A stretch of 46,772 nucleotides of DNA from Candidatus Undinarchaeota archaeon (lineage in GTDB: Archaea > SpSt-1190): NCBI GenBank assembly GCA_964449215.1, contig CAYVAH010000004.1, forward strand, positions 1 to 46,772, read 5' to 3'. Position 1 is the first letter of the stretch. Each line of letters starts with the position of its first letter. The position numbers and the translations under genes were made by a program. Under the pieces are notes generated by a model. That model worked only from the letters and a program-made list of their open reading frames with translations. It did not search any database and was not told where the DNA came from. Of this stretch, positions 8,561-17,668 are shown piece by piece.

Positions 8561-10574
8561 CCCTGTATCTTGAGTCAAGCACCTTTCTTATCTCGCTTGC
8601 CTTCTTTTCCCCTATTCCTTCGACACCCATCAGCTCATATAGGGATGCGTCGAATACCTGTATAGGCGAACCGAAGATACCTAATAACCTTTTCGCCAGG
8701 ACCGCGTTGACTCCCGGCAGGGACGAGACAAGAACTTCCTGATGTTCCTCGAGTGTGGTCGCTTTTGGAACCTTGATTGAGGGTTTTTTCCCCTTTTCCC
8801 ATTCCCTCTTTGCTATGACCTCGAGGAGCTTCGCGGTTTCTTCCCGGTTCTCCGTGAACAGCACAGGTATCCCCCAGTCCAGCACAAGGCTTGCGAGTGC
8901 CCCCCTCACAGCATTCGGGTGTATCCTCCTCCCATGCGACCTCCTCCCTTCAACTATTATCAGGGGCTTTTCATAGGCCTCTTTTAGCTTGGCCGCCTGG
9001 TCGAAGAGCCTTCCATCCACCAGGCTGCTCACGAAGTCATCAGCAGTCTTTCGTTCAACGGCAATCCTGTCACTGATTACGAAGTCCCCGACCTCTATTC
9101 GCTTCACCCTGGCATTGCCCAGGTATCTTGTCATGGCAATTTCCCTGTCATCGACTATAATGCATCCCCCCCCGTAGTCCCCCAGAGTTGCCTGCTTCTT
9201 CTTCCTTGGTTTGATCCCTTTGAGCAGGGAAGCCATCTTCTTTTCTCTGGACTTCGCCGCGTAGTAGTACCCCCCTTCCCTGGTCCCCCTGGTTATGAGC
9301 ACGAACACCTTTCCCCCCTTCCGGAGTCTTCCGCGGCGCTGTATGTGCCTTATCGCACTGGGGACAGGTTCATAGAACACCAGTGTGGACACGGAGGGCA
9401 GGTCTATTCCCTCTTCACCGACTGAGGTTGCCACAAGGACATCGTGCCTTCCCGAGCGGAACTCCTCTACTATCCTTTTCTGGTCTTTCTGGCTCATCCC
9501 GTTTTTCTGCCCTATGAACCTGGCGGCATTTATTCCGTGGGAGTTGAGGTGGTCCACAAGAAAGTCCACCTGATTGCGGTAGTTTGCAAACACTATTGCA
9601 GGGAGCTGTTCTTTGCCCAGCAGTTTGACCAGTTTCTCAAGTTTAGGGTGTTCCTCCTCGGGAGGTGCGGGTAGTGTTTTGAGAAGCTCTGAGGCGGCTT
9701 TCGTGCGGTCAGCCCGGAGCTTTTTCAGATATTCGCCGTAGGCTGTGGACCCCTGTGTTTCTATGAGTTCCAGGGCGTGAAATGCCTTCAGTGCGGCTGC
9801 CAGGGCACTCAGGGACTCATAATCGCCGGAAAGCTTCCCCTGGAGCTCAAGTAGGTCTCGCTTTTTCAGCATGCTGAGGTCAGCGCTTTTCAGGTGTCCC
9901 GCAGCTTTCAGCCTCCTCAGGGGTCCCCTGAGGCTCTCCTTGACCGCGGAGACGCATCTCTGATATTCCCTGCTCAGAGTAACCGGAACCCAGTTCAGGA
10001 GCTTCTGTTTCACATATGGCCGGACATCCTCATCCTCCTCGGTTCTCACCTCGACGTTTTCTATTGAAAGGCTTTCCAGGACCTCCGCAATCTTTTCCTC
10101 ACTGCTTCCGGGGGAGGCTGTGAGGGCGAGTATCAGCGGGTTCTTCGCCTTTTTCACATAGTGAGAGGCTATGAAACAGTAAGGATAATCCCCGACAGCC
10201 CTGTGGGCTTCATCGAACACCAGCAGCGAGAAATCACCTATGTCTATTCCCCTCAAAATGTCCCGGTGGACGGTTTGCGGAGTGGCCACGAGCCATGGCA
10301 GTTCCCATACTTCTTTCCTTTTCTCAAACTTCACAGAGCCGTGGAGGACTCCCGGCTTCACACCCGTCAGTTCTTCAATTGTTCTCGCGTGCTGTTCCAC
10401 GAGGGGTTTTGTGGGGGACATGAAGAGAACCTTGCCCTCCTTCTGCCTCACAAGCCCGGTCATTATGGCTATCAGGGTCTTTCCCATTCCCGTGGGGAGG
10501 ACCACAAGTGTGTTCCCACGGACGGCTGTTGAGACTATCTTTTCCTGGTAGAGGCGGGGTTTGATTCTCAGCAC
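8553..10574 (-). CDS. hef: Hef helicase/ERCC4 nuclease (FANCM/XPF homolog)
   Basis: PTGMGKT, DEAH, TASPG, EEGID, QRRGR; ERCC4 GDF and VERKT; C-terminal HhH2. Confidence 0.95.
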   Translation of the reverse strand: MLRIKPRLYQEKIVSTAVRGNTLVVLPTGMGKTLIAIMTGLVRQKEGKVLFMSPTKPLVEQHARTIEELTGVKPGVLHGSVKFEKRKEVWELPWLVATPQTVHRDILRGIDIGDFSLLVFDEAHRAVGDYPYCFIASHYVKKAKNPLILALTASPGSSEEKIAEVLESLSIENVEVRTEEDEDVRPYVKQKLLNWVPVTLSREYQRCVSAVKESLRGPLRRLKAAGHLKSADLSMLKKRDLLELQGKLSGDYESLSALAAALKAFHALELIETQGSTAYGEYLKKLRADRTKAASELLKTLPAPPEEEHPKLEKLVKLLGKEQLPAIVFANYRNQVDFLVDHLNSHGINAARFIGQKNGMSQKDQKRIVEEFRSGRHDVLVATSVGEEGIDLPSVSTLVFYEPVPSAIRHIQRRGRLRKGGKVFVLITRGTREGGYYYAAKSREKKMASLLKGIKPRKKKQATLGDYGGGCIIVDDREIAMTRYLGNARVKRIEVGDFVISDRIAVERKTADDFVSSLVDGRLFDQAAKLKEAYEKPLIIVEGRRSHGRRIHPNAVRGALASLVLDWGIPVLFTENREETAKLLEVIAKREWEKGKKPSIKVPKATTLEEHQEVLVSSLPGVNAVLAKRLLGIFGSPIQVFDASLYELMGVEGIGEKKASEIRKVLDSRYRGE

Positions 10575-10631
10575 TTCAAGCTCTGGGAGAGGAGTTTAAA
10601 GAGATAAATACTACCTTGCCGCTGAATTACT

Positions 10632-11300
10632 ATGGCATACGAAATGTTGCAGGCCTTTTTCGCGGAGGCCGGTTCGACGATTCTGATGGAACTACTGACC
10701 GCCCTGGTGATTTTGCTCGCAGGTGTGATTGCGGGCAAAATAGTGGGCTTGCTGGTGAAGAGACTGCTGGTTGCACTGAAACTGCGCGAGGGGATTGAGA
10801 ACCTCGGAGCGGACCCAACGTTCCTCGGAATTGACCTCGTGGAGCTTGCAAGGATATTCTCGGAGTGGTACACATACCTCTACTTCCTGCTGACGGCCCT
10901 TACAGTCATAGCGGTGCCGGCGCTGGAGTCGTTCATAGACGAAGTGAAGTATCTCAGCGTGCTGGTTGTTGAAGCGATAATCATAACCTACATAGGAATA
11001 CAGGTGTCCAACTACATCCGGAAGAATCTCGAGCTATACTCCAAGTATCCGCTGCTCGGTGCTGTGGTGTATTACTTCCTGATATACCTGACAGCCGTCC
11101 TGGCGCTGAGTGTGATTTACCCGCAGGCAGCCCAGTTGCTCAACTACCTGCTGCTTGTGGTGGTTGCATCCGCCGGCCTTGGTGTCGGGCTGGGTGCAGC
11201 CATAGCAATCGGGCTTGGGACTAAGGACCTGGTGGCAAAGACAGTCAGTGGATACAAGTTTAGGGCCCCGCGGGCAAGGAGGGCAAGGAAGAGGAAATAA
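10632..11300 (+). CDS. Membrane protein with MscS-associated TM helices (CmpX-like)
   Basis: ALVILLAGVIAGKIV and AIAIGLGTKD patterns; about 5 TM helices. Confidence 0.65.
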   Translation: MAYEMLQAFFAEAGSTILMELLTALVILLAGVIAGKIVGLLVKRLLVALKLREGIENLGADPTFLGIDLVELARIFSEWYTYLYFLLTALTVIAVPALESFIDEVKYLSVLVVEAIIITYIGIQVSNYIRKNLELYSKYPLLGAVVYYFLIYLTAVLALSVIYPQAAQLLNYLLLVVVASAGLGVGLGAAIAIGLGTKDLVAKTVSGYKFRAPRARRARKRK

Positions 11301-11303
11301 CCC

Positions 11304-11322
11304 CTCTTTTTTCTTATTTTTT
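11304..11322 (+). terminator. Oligo-T terminator
   Basis: CTCTTTTTTCTTATTTTTT just after the TAA at 11300. Confidence 0.5.
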
Positions 11323-11360
11323 GACCAAAACTGATAATTATTAACCTGCCGGAGAGTTAT

Positions 11361-12989
11361 ATGCGCAGGCTGTTCTTGGTGTTCCTTCTTTCCGCGTGTT
11401 TTGCCCTGCAGGTCGGGGGCGATTTTCTGGTGAGGTTTGATTTTTCGGTTTCCGGGGCAGGAAACGGGGAGATAACTGTGGAGGAGTTTCCCGGGAACTT
11501 TTCGGGCCAGACTGGCTATTGTGGACCGACAAAGATAAAGTTTCCGCCATATGAGTCCGAGCTTTCCTGTTCCGTGAGCACCTACCCTCAAAGGGACCTT
11601 GATTACCGGAGCTATGAGGAAACCCCCCTGACTGAGGTGGACTCCGCAATGGAGGAACTTGCCCGTGAGGTTGCCCGGGGAGTTGATTTCGAGAGGGTGG
11701 TGGCCCTGGCATCTTGGGTGAAGGAGAACGTGGAATACGACCTCGGGGTGGGGGACAGCCAGGAGAGTGCGAAATGGACTTTTTACAACAGGAGGGGAAC
11801 CTGTGATGAGATTGCCCACCTTCTCATAGCCCTTTCCCGTTCCGCGGGAATCACGTCGAGGTACGTGGCGGGATACGTGTGGGATGGAGAAAAATGGCTC
11901 CCGCATGCCTGGGCTGAGGTGTGGACAAGATATGGCTGGGTTCCCGTGGATGTGGGTTTCGACGAGTATGGGTACGTGGATGGCAACCACATAGCGGTTT
12001 ACAAGGGTGCAGACGGCGACCACAACTTTCTCTCCTTTTACCACTACGGGCCGGCCGAGGTGACGCATTCCTTCAGCATCCGCAGGCTTTTCGAGGACAA
12101 TCGCTCCCTCGTGAAGAATGTCAGTCTGGGGGAAGCCATGGGGAATTCCTCCCTGCTTGTGGAGCTCGACGTTCAGAACCCCTTCCCGAATGAAATTGCA
12201 TTCTTTCCCACCCTTGTTCCTCCCACTAATTTCAATGTGGAACTTCTCTACCCGGACGGGCCCGTGGTTCTCGTTCCGGGAAAGAACAGGCTCTATTTTG
12301 TGCTTGAGCTCCAGAGGGTTCGCCAGAACTACCTTTACACAATACCCGTTGTCATACGGCTCGGCCCGGAGGACGTGCCGGTCGAGTTCAATGTATCCGG
12401 AAACTATGACTGCCCACCTCCCAGGGAAGAAGAGCCATACAGGTATGATGTTTCCGGGTGCATCGACCTGGACAGGAAGGGAGTGGCTTCCAGCCCCGCG
12501 ACCCGCGGGAATTTCTTCTGCGGCGGGTGTTTCTACAGTTTTGAGGAGCCAGCCTCCCGCTCATTCCGGCTCGATTACCCGGATTTCTGTGAACATAACT
12601 GCACACTCCGGGTTGGGATAGTGGGTTCTGGGAGCTACAGCGTGGAGGTCAACGGGGAAAGCAGGCAGGGGGTTGTGAGTGCATATCAGGAGCTCGAGTT
12701 TCCCCTTGTTGTCGGGGAGAACAGGGTGGTTCTGGATGGGGTGGAGAGAAAGATTGAAGTTCGCTCCCCCCCTGAGATGGAGCTGTCCCGGGAGCTTCAG
12801 GGGCGGAAAGTGTGCTTCGAGTCAAACTGGGAAGGGGCAGGATGCTACGAGCTTTCCTGCGGTGAGAACAACATAACCCTGGAGCTTCGGTACGGTTCTG
12901 TGAAGAGGGAGCTGCAGGAGCTGGTTGTGCGGGAGTGCAACCTCTGGGAGCTATTTATGGAGTTCCTCCACGATATCATCAGCTTTTAA
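11361..12989 (+). CDS. Secreted transglutaminase-like (Cys-His-Asp) protein
   Basis: Signal peptide; GTCDEIAHL, HAWAEV and WVPVD triad motifs; Cys-rich C-terminal region. Confidence 0.85.
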   Translation: MRRLFLVFLLSACFALQVGGDFLVRFDFSVSGAGNGEITVEEFPGNFSGQTGYCGPTKIKFPPYESELSCSVSTYPQRDLDYRSYEETPLTEVDSAMEELAREVARGVDFERVVALASWVKENVEYDLGVGDSQESAKWTFYNRRGTCDEIAHLLIALSRSAGITSRYVAGYVWDGEKWLPHAWAEVWTRYGWVPVDVGFDEYGYVDGNHIAVYKGADGDHNFLSFYHYGPAEVTHSFSIRRLFEDNRSLVKNVSLGEAMGNSSLLVELDVQNPFPNEIAFFPTLVPPTNFNVELLYPDGPVVLVPGKNRLYFVLELQRVRQNYLYTIPVVIRLGPEDVPVEFNVSGNYDCPPPREEEPYRYDVSGCIDLDRKGVASSPATRGNFFCGGCFYSFEEPASRSFRLDYPDFCEHNCTLRVGIVGSGSYSVEVNGESRQGVVSAYQELEFPLVVGENRVVLDGVERKIEVRSPPEMELSRELQGRKVCFESNWEGAGCYELSCGENNITLELRYGSVKRELQELVVRECNLWELFMEFLHDIISF

Positions 12990-13011
12990 TAAGGGCGTGT
13001 TTCTTCCTTTG

Positions 13012-13905
13012 GTGATGAGAGAGGTTGTTCTGGCATTGCTCATCCTGCTCTTCGTGAAGCCCATTCTTGCTCCCCTGGCGTATGCTGCAGTGCTTTCCGT
13101 GGCTCTCTATCCGGCATATGAAAAACACAGAAAATGGTATGTTGCCGCCCTCCTGATATTGCTTGCAGTGGTTGCTCTTCTCTTCACAGGGTATCAGCTC
13201 ACCTTGAAGCTCTTCGACCAGATAACCTGGCTGAATGACTTCTACTCAAAGTTAAGTCCAGAGGAGCAGATCCAGCTTATCCAGCTGAGTTCCAACCTTC
13301 CTCTCCAGGACTATGCCTTGCGTGTTGTCACGTCAATTCCCTCCCTGGCTGTTGATTTTGTCCTTTTTGTGATTTTTTCATATTTTCTCCTGGTTGACGG
13401 CTGGAGACTGAAAAAGGCCGTTTATAATTTCCTCCCCAAGGAGAAGGCCGCGAAGCTTGTCAAGAAAGGCTGGTACAACCTGAATGCGGTGGTCATGGGT
13501 TTCTTTGTGTCCACCTTTGTTTATCTGGTAATTTGCACTTCCCTCCTGTATTTCACGGGTTCGCCATCCCCCCTCGTGGTGTCCATTCTGGCGGCACTTT
13601 TCGGGATTCTTCCCGTTCTCGGTGCATGGATGGCACTTGCCTACCCCGTGTTTGTTCATCTCAGCTCCGGAAACTATGTTTCAGCCATCATAATAGTGGC
13701 TTTCCAGCTCTTGTGGAATTCGGCGGTTGACTTTTATTTCAAGGCCCGTTACAGGGGCACGCTCCACCCTGCCGTTCTCCTCGGGAGCATGGCGGCGGGC
13801 ATAAAGTGGTTTGGGTTTTCGGGGATAGTTATAGGCCCTCTCCTGGCCACCGCATTTGAGACGGTGATGAACATCGAGAAATCCCGGATAGATGTTGCCA
13901 ACTGA
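13012..13905 (+). CDS. AI-2E (PerM) family transporter
   Basis: YFLLVDG, GILPVLG, LHPAVLLG and FGFSGIVIGP motifs; start GTG 13012 or ATG 13015. Confidence 0.85.
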   Translation: MMREVVLALLILLFVKPILAPLAYAAVLSVALYPAYEKHRKWYVAALLILLAVVALLFTGYQLTLKLFDQITWLNDFYSKLSPEEQIQLIQLSSNLPLQDYALRVVTSIPSLAVDFVLFVIFSYFLLVDGWRLKKAVYNFLPKEKAAKLVKKGWYNLNAVVMGFFVSTFVYLVICTSLLYFTGSPSPLVVSILAALFGILPVLGAWMALAYPVFVHLSSGNYVSAIIIVAFQLLWNSAVDFYFKARYRGTLHPAVLLGSMAAGIKWFGFSGIVIGPLLATAFETVMNIEKSRIDVAN

Positions 13906-13962
13906 GTATATTAAAAGCTTTTGGCGTTTGGCTTTAATACGTCCTCAAGCATATATTGTTTT

Positions 13963-14598
13963 GTGGACCCTGTAAACTTGGCGATGCTCGACCTCAACAA
14001 GGTGGAGCCCCGCATATTCAGGCTCATAGATGGGGGGGAGCTGGACCCCTGGGACATAGACATAGTCCGGCTTTGTGACCTCTACATAACCGAGATAAAG
14101 GCGAAGAAGGACCTTCGAATCTCCGGGAATGCCCTCCTCACCGCGGCAGTGCTTCTCCGTTTCAAGAGCAAGGTTTTTGAAGAACGGAAGGAGCGTGTGG
14201 TCACACCGAAGCCGGAGCTTGCGGTGCCGGATATTGAGATAATTCCCGTTTCGCGCCGTATAGAGCGGAAGGTCACTGTATTCGAGCTGCTCGAGGCGTT
14301 GAAGGAGGCTTTTGAGCTCGAGCGCCAGAGGGCGGCGGGTCAGAAGGCCGAGCCAAAGATCCGTTTTTACGCCTTCGATATGAGCAAGGCCCTTGAAAAG
14401 GTGCTGGCGGAACTGCCGGATGAGGTGTCCATAGAAAAGCTCGGAGCGATAACGCTTTTAGCCTTGCTGCACCTTGCTATGAAAGGAGCGATTGAAATTG
14501 AGCAGGATGAGTGGAATGGAGCCATCAGAATTAGAAAGTTGGGTGGAAGCGGCCCTGTTTATGGCTGGGAAGCCGGTAAGAAAGCAAGAGCTGGCTGA
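13963..14598 (+). CDS. scpA: Segregation and condensation protein A (kleisin)
   Basis: LDPWDIDIV, GNALLTAAVLLRFKS and C-terminal LLALLHLA wHTH; start uncertain (13963 or 13984). Confidence 0.88.
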   Translation: MDPVNLAMLDLNKVEPRIFRLIDGGELDPWDIDIVRLCDLYITEIKAKKDLRISGNALLTAAVLLRFKSKVFEERKERVVTPKPELAVPDIEIIPVSRRIERKVTVFELLEALKEAFELERQRAAGQKAEPKIRFYAFDMSKALEKVLAELPDEVSIEKLGAITLLALLHLAMKGAIEIEQDEWNGAIRIRKLGGSGPVYGWEAGKKARAG

Positions 14599-15010
14599 GA
14601 TGCTCGGTGTCGGGTTTCTTGAGGTTCAGGAGGCTCTCAGTCGGATCAAACCCAGATACAGGGGTCCCATAGTTATCAGGGAGACTGAGGAGACGGCGTT
14701 TATGATGGTGGAAGACAGGTATGTGAATTCCCTCTGGTTCCTCGGGAAAGGCGAGCTTTCCTCGGGGGAGCTGAAAACGCTTGCCATGATAGCGTATTAC
14801 GCCCCCGTGAAGCAGAGCGACATAGTCGGGTCGCGTGGAAACAGGGCGTATGAGCACATAAGGAAGCTCGAGGATATGGGATTGCTGAAGGGTGAAAAGT
14901 TCGGCCATACCCGGTTGCTGAAGCTTTCCCGTAAGTTCTTTGAGTATTTCGGTGATAAGATTGTTGAGCGGATTAGAAATTCACAGGCTTCTCAGGTCGA
15001 TGAAGCTTGA
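14507..15010 (+). CDS. scpB: Segregation and condensation protein B
   Basis: VEAALF, LKTLAMIAY, PVKQSDIV.SRG, FFEYFG; start 14507 or 14516. Confidence 0.9.
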   Translation: MSGMEPSELESWVEAALFMAGKPVRKQELAEMLGVGFLEVQEALSRIKPRYRGPIVIRETEETAFMMVEDRYVNSLWFLGKGELSSGELKTLAMIAYYAPVKQSDIVGSRGNRAYEHIRKLEDMGLLKGEKFGHTRLLKLSRKFFEYFGDKIVERIRNSQASQVDEA

Positions 15011-15797
15011 GGGTCTGCGGCTGGGCAGGGTGTGGAGGACAGGGGACGCTTTCGTGTTTGAAGCCGGGAGGAAGTTCCTGATAGTGAGGCCGGGTGCCAT
15101 TTACCTTTCAAGTTATGCTCCCAGGGGGAGTGCTGACAGCTTTTCAATGTTCCTCCGCAAACGGGTTCAGGGGAAGGTCGTGCGCTCCGTTAGACAGCAC
15201 GGGCTCGACAGGGTGGTTTTCCTGGACCTCGGGGACTGCCAGCTGGTTTTTGAGCTTTTCGCCAGGGGGAACGTCATATACCTGGAGAACGGAAAGGTTG
15301 CCGGTTTCCTCCACCCGTCGAAACGTTTTGTCAGGGGCGGAGAATACACCCCTCCCGGGAGCGTGGACTATCTTTCCCTTCCGGTGGAGGATTTCCGTAA
15401 GCTGGTTGCAGGGAAAACCAAGGCGGAACTGGCACGCCTTCTCGGGATAGGCAAGCTCGTGGAGGAACTTCCCCTTGAGCCCCGGGACATGCTTTCGAGG
15501 CTAAGGGCGATGGCTGAGGAACCGCTCGATCCCCGGGATGTGGAAAGAAGGTTCAAGGCGATTGACACGGAATCACTGAGGAAGAAGGAGGAGGAAAAGC
15601 GCTCTGCGAAAAAAAAGAGGCTGGAAAAGAGCATCGAGGAGCTGAAACACAGGATATATGACTACGAGGGTGATGCTCGCCGGCTTGTGGCCGCCGCGGA
15701 AAGGATAATGGAGGACCTGCCCCGCTACCAGTCCTTGCTGGAGAAAGCATTCCGGAAGGGTAAGAAAAAGATAAAAGTCAGCTTGCCTGATACTTAA
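14961..15797 (+). CDS. Shortened Rqc2/RqcH (NFACT-N plus coiled coil) homolog
   Basis: LSGLEI start, FSMFLRK, QHGLDRVV, ELFARGNVI, YTPP; no NFACT-R domain; TTG start after GGTGA. Confidence 0.7.
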   Translation: MLSGLEIHRLLRSMKLEGLRLGRVWRTGDAFVFEAGRKFLIVRPGAIYLSSYAPRGSADSFSMFLRKRVQGKVVRSVRQHGLDRVVFLDLGDCQLVFELFARGNVIYLENGKVAGFLHPSKRFVRGGEYTPPGSVDYLSLPVEDFRKLVAGKTKAELARLLGIGKLVEELPLEPRDMLSRLRAMAEEPLDPRDVERRFKAIDTESLRKKEEEKRSAKKKRLEKSIEELKHRIYDYEGDARRLVAAAERIMEDLPRYQSLLEKAFRKGKKKIKVSLPDT

Positions 15798-16958
15798 GTG
15801 ATGGAAGACTTCTTATGGGTGGCCTTGGTTTCCCTGGCTGGCCTGGTTTCCCTCTACTGGTCCGGGTTCGGCACCCTTCAGGGGCCTTTTATTGTGGCTT
15901 TTCTGAGCTATCTTGCTCTTATCTTCATAATAAGCTCCGTTCTTCTCAGGTCTTTCAGGTGGGGGTTCAAGGCCAGTTTTTCCGCCCTGATAACTGTTTC
16001 GTTCCTTTCCCTGATACACAAGCTCAGCTTTCCTTCCTATGACTCCTTAGCACCTGTGGCTTATTTTCTGGTACTCCTCCTGTCCTTCTTGATCAATATG
16101 ATAATTCTCTACGGCCGTTTCGTGAAAAAGAAGCCGCTTTTTGTTGTGTATGCCGAGTATAAGTTCGCAATTACATTCGTGGTTGTGTCCACGATCCTGG
16201 TGGGCCTGCTTATTGCTTCCCAGCCACTTCTCGAGCAGTTCGGTCTGCTCTCGATGGTGGGCGCTGCCTTGGCATACCTGGTCATGCTGTTCTTCCTCGC
16301 CCCCTTCATCCGCCTCGAAGGGGAGTTCCGGAGTCTGGAAGAAATCTCCCGCGAGGAAAAGAGGGTGAAAAACTTCATTCGCCGCTATGGGAAGGACCGG
16401 CAGCTGTATCCCTTTTTTGCATCGTGGCTCGGTGCCGCTGTGGAGACTGTGGAGGACTACATCGATTCGCTTGAAGCCAAGGGCTATCTTGGACACAATT
16501 TCTTCTCTGCTCACAACTTCTTTTTCTGGTTCTTCACTTTCGTGTCATTCCTGGCGGGGGTGGCTTCCGCGAACGGGTCACTCGCCCTGAGCGTTGTGCC
16601 ATTTGCTCCACTTGTGGTCGGGATAGTCCTCTTCGCCCCCCAGAGCTTCATGAGGCGCAGAACCCGTCGCCTCTCAGGTGTGATGGTCCTGCTTGTGGCC
16701 ATGCTTGTTCTTTATCTCTGGGGCTACATCCCTCTGAAGTTTGGAGCAATTTCAGCCCTCCTGGCTCTCGTTTCCATTTACTTCGCCTACAAGGATGACG
16801 AAGTGGTGTCGATGGTCTTCGCTTCGTTCTTCACGGGTTCACTCTTCGTGCTTGGTTATTCCCTGTGGAAGGTCCCCGTGGTCCTCACAGGGGCACCGTG
16901 GCTGATAACAGCGGCGGTCTTCCTGCTTTTGATGTATGAATATTACACCCGTGGTTAA
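15798..16958 (+). CDS. Polytopic membrane protein with an internal wHTH-like soluble segment
   Basis: About 12 hydrophobic segments interrupted by a charged stretch ASWLGAAVETVEDYIDSLEAKGYL. Confidence 0.6.
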   Translation: MMEDFLWVALVSLAGLVSLYWSGFGTLQGPFIVAFLSYLALIFIISSVLLRSFRWGFKASFSALITVSFLSLIHKLSFPSYDSLAPVAYFLVLLLSFLINMIILYGRFVKKKPLFVVYAEYKFAITFVVVSTILVGLLIASQPLLEQFGLLSMVGAALAYLVMLFFLAPFIRLEGEFRSLEEISREEKRVKNFIRRYGKDRQLYPFFASWLGAAVETVEDYIDSLEAKGYLGHNFFSAHNFFFWFFTFVSFLAGVASANGSLALSVVPFAPLVVGIVLFAPQSFMRRRTRRLSGVMVLLVAMLVLYLWGYIPLKFGAISALLALVSIYFAYKDDEVVSMVFASFFTGSLFVLGYSLWKVPVVLTGAPWLITAAVFLLLMYEYYTRG

Positions 16959-16987
16959 TTTCTTAAATCCCTGGGCCGGAAAGGGAA

Positions 16988-17668
16988 ATGAAGCTTGGAA
17001 GGTTTGTGCGTCTCGAATATACTGGCTTCCTTGAGAACGGGGAGGTCTTCGATTCCACGGACCCGAAGGTGGTGGAAGGAGCCTTTGGTTCCGCGGTTAT
17101 AATTCTGGGTGCAGGGCACGTGATAAAGGGTCTTGAAAAGGCCCTCCTGAACATGAAACCCGGGGAGACGCGGGAGGTGGACATCCCGCCCGAGGATGGT
17201 TTCGGCAGGCGCGACCCGAAGAAAATAAAGTTCTACAAGCTCAGCCAGTTCTCGAGGGAAGGCATCCGCCCCTATCCCGGGTTGAAGGTGACGGTTGACG
17301 GACAACTCGCGACTGTGAAGGCCGTTTCTTCAGGGAGGGTCATACTGGATTTCAACCATCCCCTGGCCGGGCGAAGGCTTCACTACAAGGTCAAGATGCT
17401 GGAAGAGGTCAGGGACCCGGAGGAGCAGGTCAAGGAACTCCTTCGTTTCCACTTCGGCAAGGACCTTGAGTTCAAAATTGAGGGAGACCAGCTGACCATA
17501 AAAGGAGTGCCGGAATACTCCCAGGAGCGGTTGAAGGACGAGTTATCCACATACACAGCTTTTAAAAATCCCCGTTTTGTTACTTTAGAAGGTGAGCGTT
17601 ATGAAGAGTATAATCAAGGCGGCGAAGAAGACGGCAAAAAGGAGAGCCAGGAAGGCAAGGGAGGATGA
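16988..17668 (+). CDS. FKBP-type peptidyl-prolyl isomerase (archaeal long type, SlyD-like)
   Basis: YTG, GEVFDST, VIKGLEKAL, PEDGFG, DFNHPLAG. Confidence 0.93.
   Translation: MKLGRFVRLEYTGFLENGEVFDSTDPKVVEGAFGSAVIILGAGHVIKGLEKALLNMKPGETREVDIPPEDGFGRRDPKKIKFYKLSQFSREGIRPYPGLKVTVDGQLATVKAVSSGRVILDFNHPLAGRRLHYKVKMLEEVRDPEEQVKELLRFHFGKDLEFKIEGDQLTIKGVPEYSQERLKDELSTYTAFKNPRFVTLEGERYEEYNQGGEEDGKKESQEGKGG

Noticed and set aside
14507..14598. Long scpA/scpB overlap as a programmed frameshift
   Set aside because: Both proteins are complete in their own frames; the ScpA tail looks like simple stop-codon drift, as with the FKBP/ftsZ overlap
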